Positions 61,882 through 64,000 of a stretch of DNA of 64,000 bases are shown here, one piece after another; position 1 is the first letter of the stretch, and every line of letters starts with the position of its first letter. A program made the position numbers and the translations under genes. The DNA is from Blepharisma stoltei ATCC 30299. Lineage: Eukaryota > Protista > Ciliophora. Location of the stretch: NCBI GenBank assembly GCA_965603825.1, contig CBFDEM010000053.1:372001-436000 (forward strand). Direction: 5' to 3'. Below the pieces are notes generated by a model. It was not told where the DNA came from. It did not search any database and worked only from the letters and a program-made list of their open reading frames with translations.

Positions 61882-62877
61882 ATGTCAGAAGACTATGCAT
61901 TTAAAGATTACAACCAATATTCAAGCCCTCAATTAGCTGTGATGATGAGGATGTCAAATGCATTTCATAATGCTCTTAATAATGCTAGAATCCTGACAAA
62001 CTCGACAATTTTCATTGCCGATTATGGCTCTTCAGAATGCTTGAATTCTCTACTTTTCTTTAAAGATTCTTTTGCTCCTTTTCGAGAAACCTCCCAGCAG
62101 CCTATTCTTCTTTTCCACAATGACCTTCCCACAAATAACTGGACGAAATCATTCAAAACAATTTTAGAACACCAAAATTCTTATGTCAACCTCCCTAATA
62201 TTTACTTCTCCTCTATTGGAAGAAGCTTTTTTAATCAAATTTTGCCCGATAGCTCAGTTCATATCGGGTTTTCTTCACTGGCATTTCACTTTTTGTCTGA
62301 AGACCTCTGCGCACCTGATCATGCACTAGCTTCCTCATCAGTTGACCAAGAATTCAAAGAAAGAATTGTAAAATTTGCGCATGAAGATCTCATCAATCTC
62401 TTAGAGCTCAGATATAAAGAATTAGTAGATCATGGAGTGCTGCTTATGCAGTTTGCTGGTGAGAATATGGATATTGGAGTCTATTTGCATGAGGCTAATG
62501 AAAAAGCGTATGAAAAAGGGATAATCAATAGAGAAGAAAAAAGAAACTTGTCAACTGGATCTTATGGAAGAACGACAGAAGAAGTTCAGAGAGCCTTAGA
62601 TATAGAGCGAGAAAAGTTTAAAGTCCTCTACATTAGCAAAGAAAAAATTCCTATGTTCAATGAGAAAAATGAAAAAAACATTGAAGTTTTCTTAGGATTA
62701 TGTAGAGGTTTTTTAGGATTCAAACTACAAAAATCTGTTAGAAGAACAGATGAAGAAAGAAATCAAATATTAAAATTCTACATAGACGAATTGCTCGATA
62801 TTTTTGAAAGAAGAGACCATCAATTGTTGACTGATATATACATTATTTCTCTTGAAAAAATTCCAAAAGAAAGATAA
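61882..62877 (+). CDS. SABATH-family (carboxyl/N-) methyltransferase
   Basis: IADYGSS..LN, HNDLPTNNW..F, GRSFFNQILPDSSVHIGFSSLAFHFLS, DL..LLELRYKELV.HG. Confidence 0.85.
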   Translation: MSEDYAFKDYNQYSSPQLAVMMRMSNAFHNALNNARILTNSTIFIADYGSSECLNSLLFFKDSFAPFRETSQQPILLFHNDLPTNNWTKSFKTILEHQNSYVNLPNIYFSSIGRSFFNQILPDSSVHIGFSSLAFHFLSEDLCAPDHALASSSVDQEFKERIVKFAHEDLINLLELRYKELVDHGVLLMQFAGENMDIGVYLHEANEKAYEKGIINREEKRNLSTGSYGRTTEEVQRALDIEREKFKVLYISKEKIPMFNEKNEKNIEVFLGLCRGFLGFKLQKSVRRTDEERNQILKFYIDELLDIFERRDHQLLTDIYIISLEKIPKER

Positions 62878-63061
62878 TCTTAGCCTTAATAATTTCTCAA
62901 AAATAAATAGTTTATAATATTCCTTTACGTTATTTCTAAGCTTTAATAGCGCTTCAAGCTAAGATAAAAATGAGGCCAACATAAATCCATTATTGATCTA
63001 AATGTAAATTATTATAAGTTCGGATCTCCATACTCTAATTTAGTTAAAAACTTCAATGGTC

Positions 63062-64000
63062 TTAAATATCATCAATGCTAAATTCTTCATGAATTTGCAT
63101 ACGAGAGATCAAATCAACAGTTGGCTTTATCTCATTCTCTTTAGCAATTTCATTAGTCTTCTCTGCTATTGGCTTTGAAGCTTCAGCTTGCTTCTCAAGC
63201 TGCTGTTGGATGATTTGCTTCTGGGCTAAAAGTTTGTTATTTTCTTTGGTTTCTTCTTTATTGTTCTCTACCTCTTCCTCTTCATCTTCTTCCTCACTTT
63301 CTGCACTTTCTAATCAAGCTAAAAACTCTTTTGCGCAGTTTTTCATTGTGTCTAAGAAATTTTGATTGTAAATTATTGATGATTCATTAAAGACGGCTTG
63401 ATCGTCACTTCAAGATGTCAAGAATTCTTCATTTAAAACATCGTTTTCGTACAAAGACATCATGATTCTTGATATTCTGCTATGAAAACTTTCATCAGGA
63501 ATGTAAATTACTGACAAAGACATTATCAGCTCTTCAGGATATGACTCCGCTTGTGTCTTTAATATAAAGATCTTTGCCGGATCTTGCAGTAGTCTAACTA
63601 GATTCTGCCCAAAAATCGACTTCAGCGTAATATAAACTCTAAAATCAGGCTCAAAGCTGTTAGCAATGCAAATATTATTGATGTGCTCACATATCTTTTC
63701 TGGGCTTTCTTCCAAATGATGTGAAATTCTTTCCAGTGCTTCTAGCACATCTGGGTGCTCCAATGTAATTTTTTCGTCAGATTCTATATCTTTTTTCTTT
63801 TTTGATGATTTTTTCTTACCTGATGTTTTCTTATCAGCTGTCGAGGGTGGCTTTTCTTCAGTCCTTGGATGATGTTTAAGTATGAAATTGCTGATTTTGT
63901 GGGACATGTCCATAGGCCTCACATTGCCACAGGCTTTGCAGTCTGCGATAAGGATATTTCTCTTGAACCGATAAGAAATTTCTGGTAAATGGCATTTAAA
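63062..64000 (-). CDS. EIF5: Translation initiation factor eIF5 (5' part lies outside the window)
   Basis: KCHLPE...CKACG...HKISNFILK; W2 domain LYENDVLNEE..W...FLA-W(TGA)-LESAESEEE; ends SIDDI-TAA. Confidence 0.92.

Overview
This is AT-rich, gene-dense eukaryotic nuclear DNA from a heterotrich ciliate, most likely a Blepharisma macronuclear contig (inference). Two properties explain the fragmented ORF track. First, TGA is read as Trp: it sits at invariant Trp positions such as DHHCP-W, I-W-DTAGQE, TQGI-W and the eIF5 W2 motif, while every complete gene model ends in TAA or TAG. Second, the introns are 15-16 nt GT...AG elements with an A six nt from the 3' end. With these rules I reassembled about 36 protein-coding genes by hand. 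They include DUSP, ankyrin-SAM, TM-PDE, DUF726, GTSF1-like, JHY-like, RPA1, DnaJ, C2H2, PH-permuted papain, TMC, EMC1, GTPase-HSP20, FHA-RINGv, kinase-Kelch, Sfi1-like, Ras, a GRAB golgin, LOTUS-RBR, a GPCR, a lipase, GBP, CEP70, DHHC, THOC5-like, Rab, a SABATH methyltransferase and eIF5. There is also one 5S rRNA gene, a decayed duplicate of the GPCR, a probably disrupted mitochondrial RAP-like gene, and an isolated perfect 24-bp GC-rich hairpin. The most interesting items are a GTSF1/Asterix-like PIWI cofactor, a LOTUS-RBR protein lacking the catalytic Cys, the hairpin, a P-loop GTPase-HSP20 fusion and the hidden Sfi1-like gene. All domain calls come from motif recognition by eye; no database search was run.
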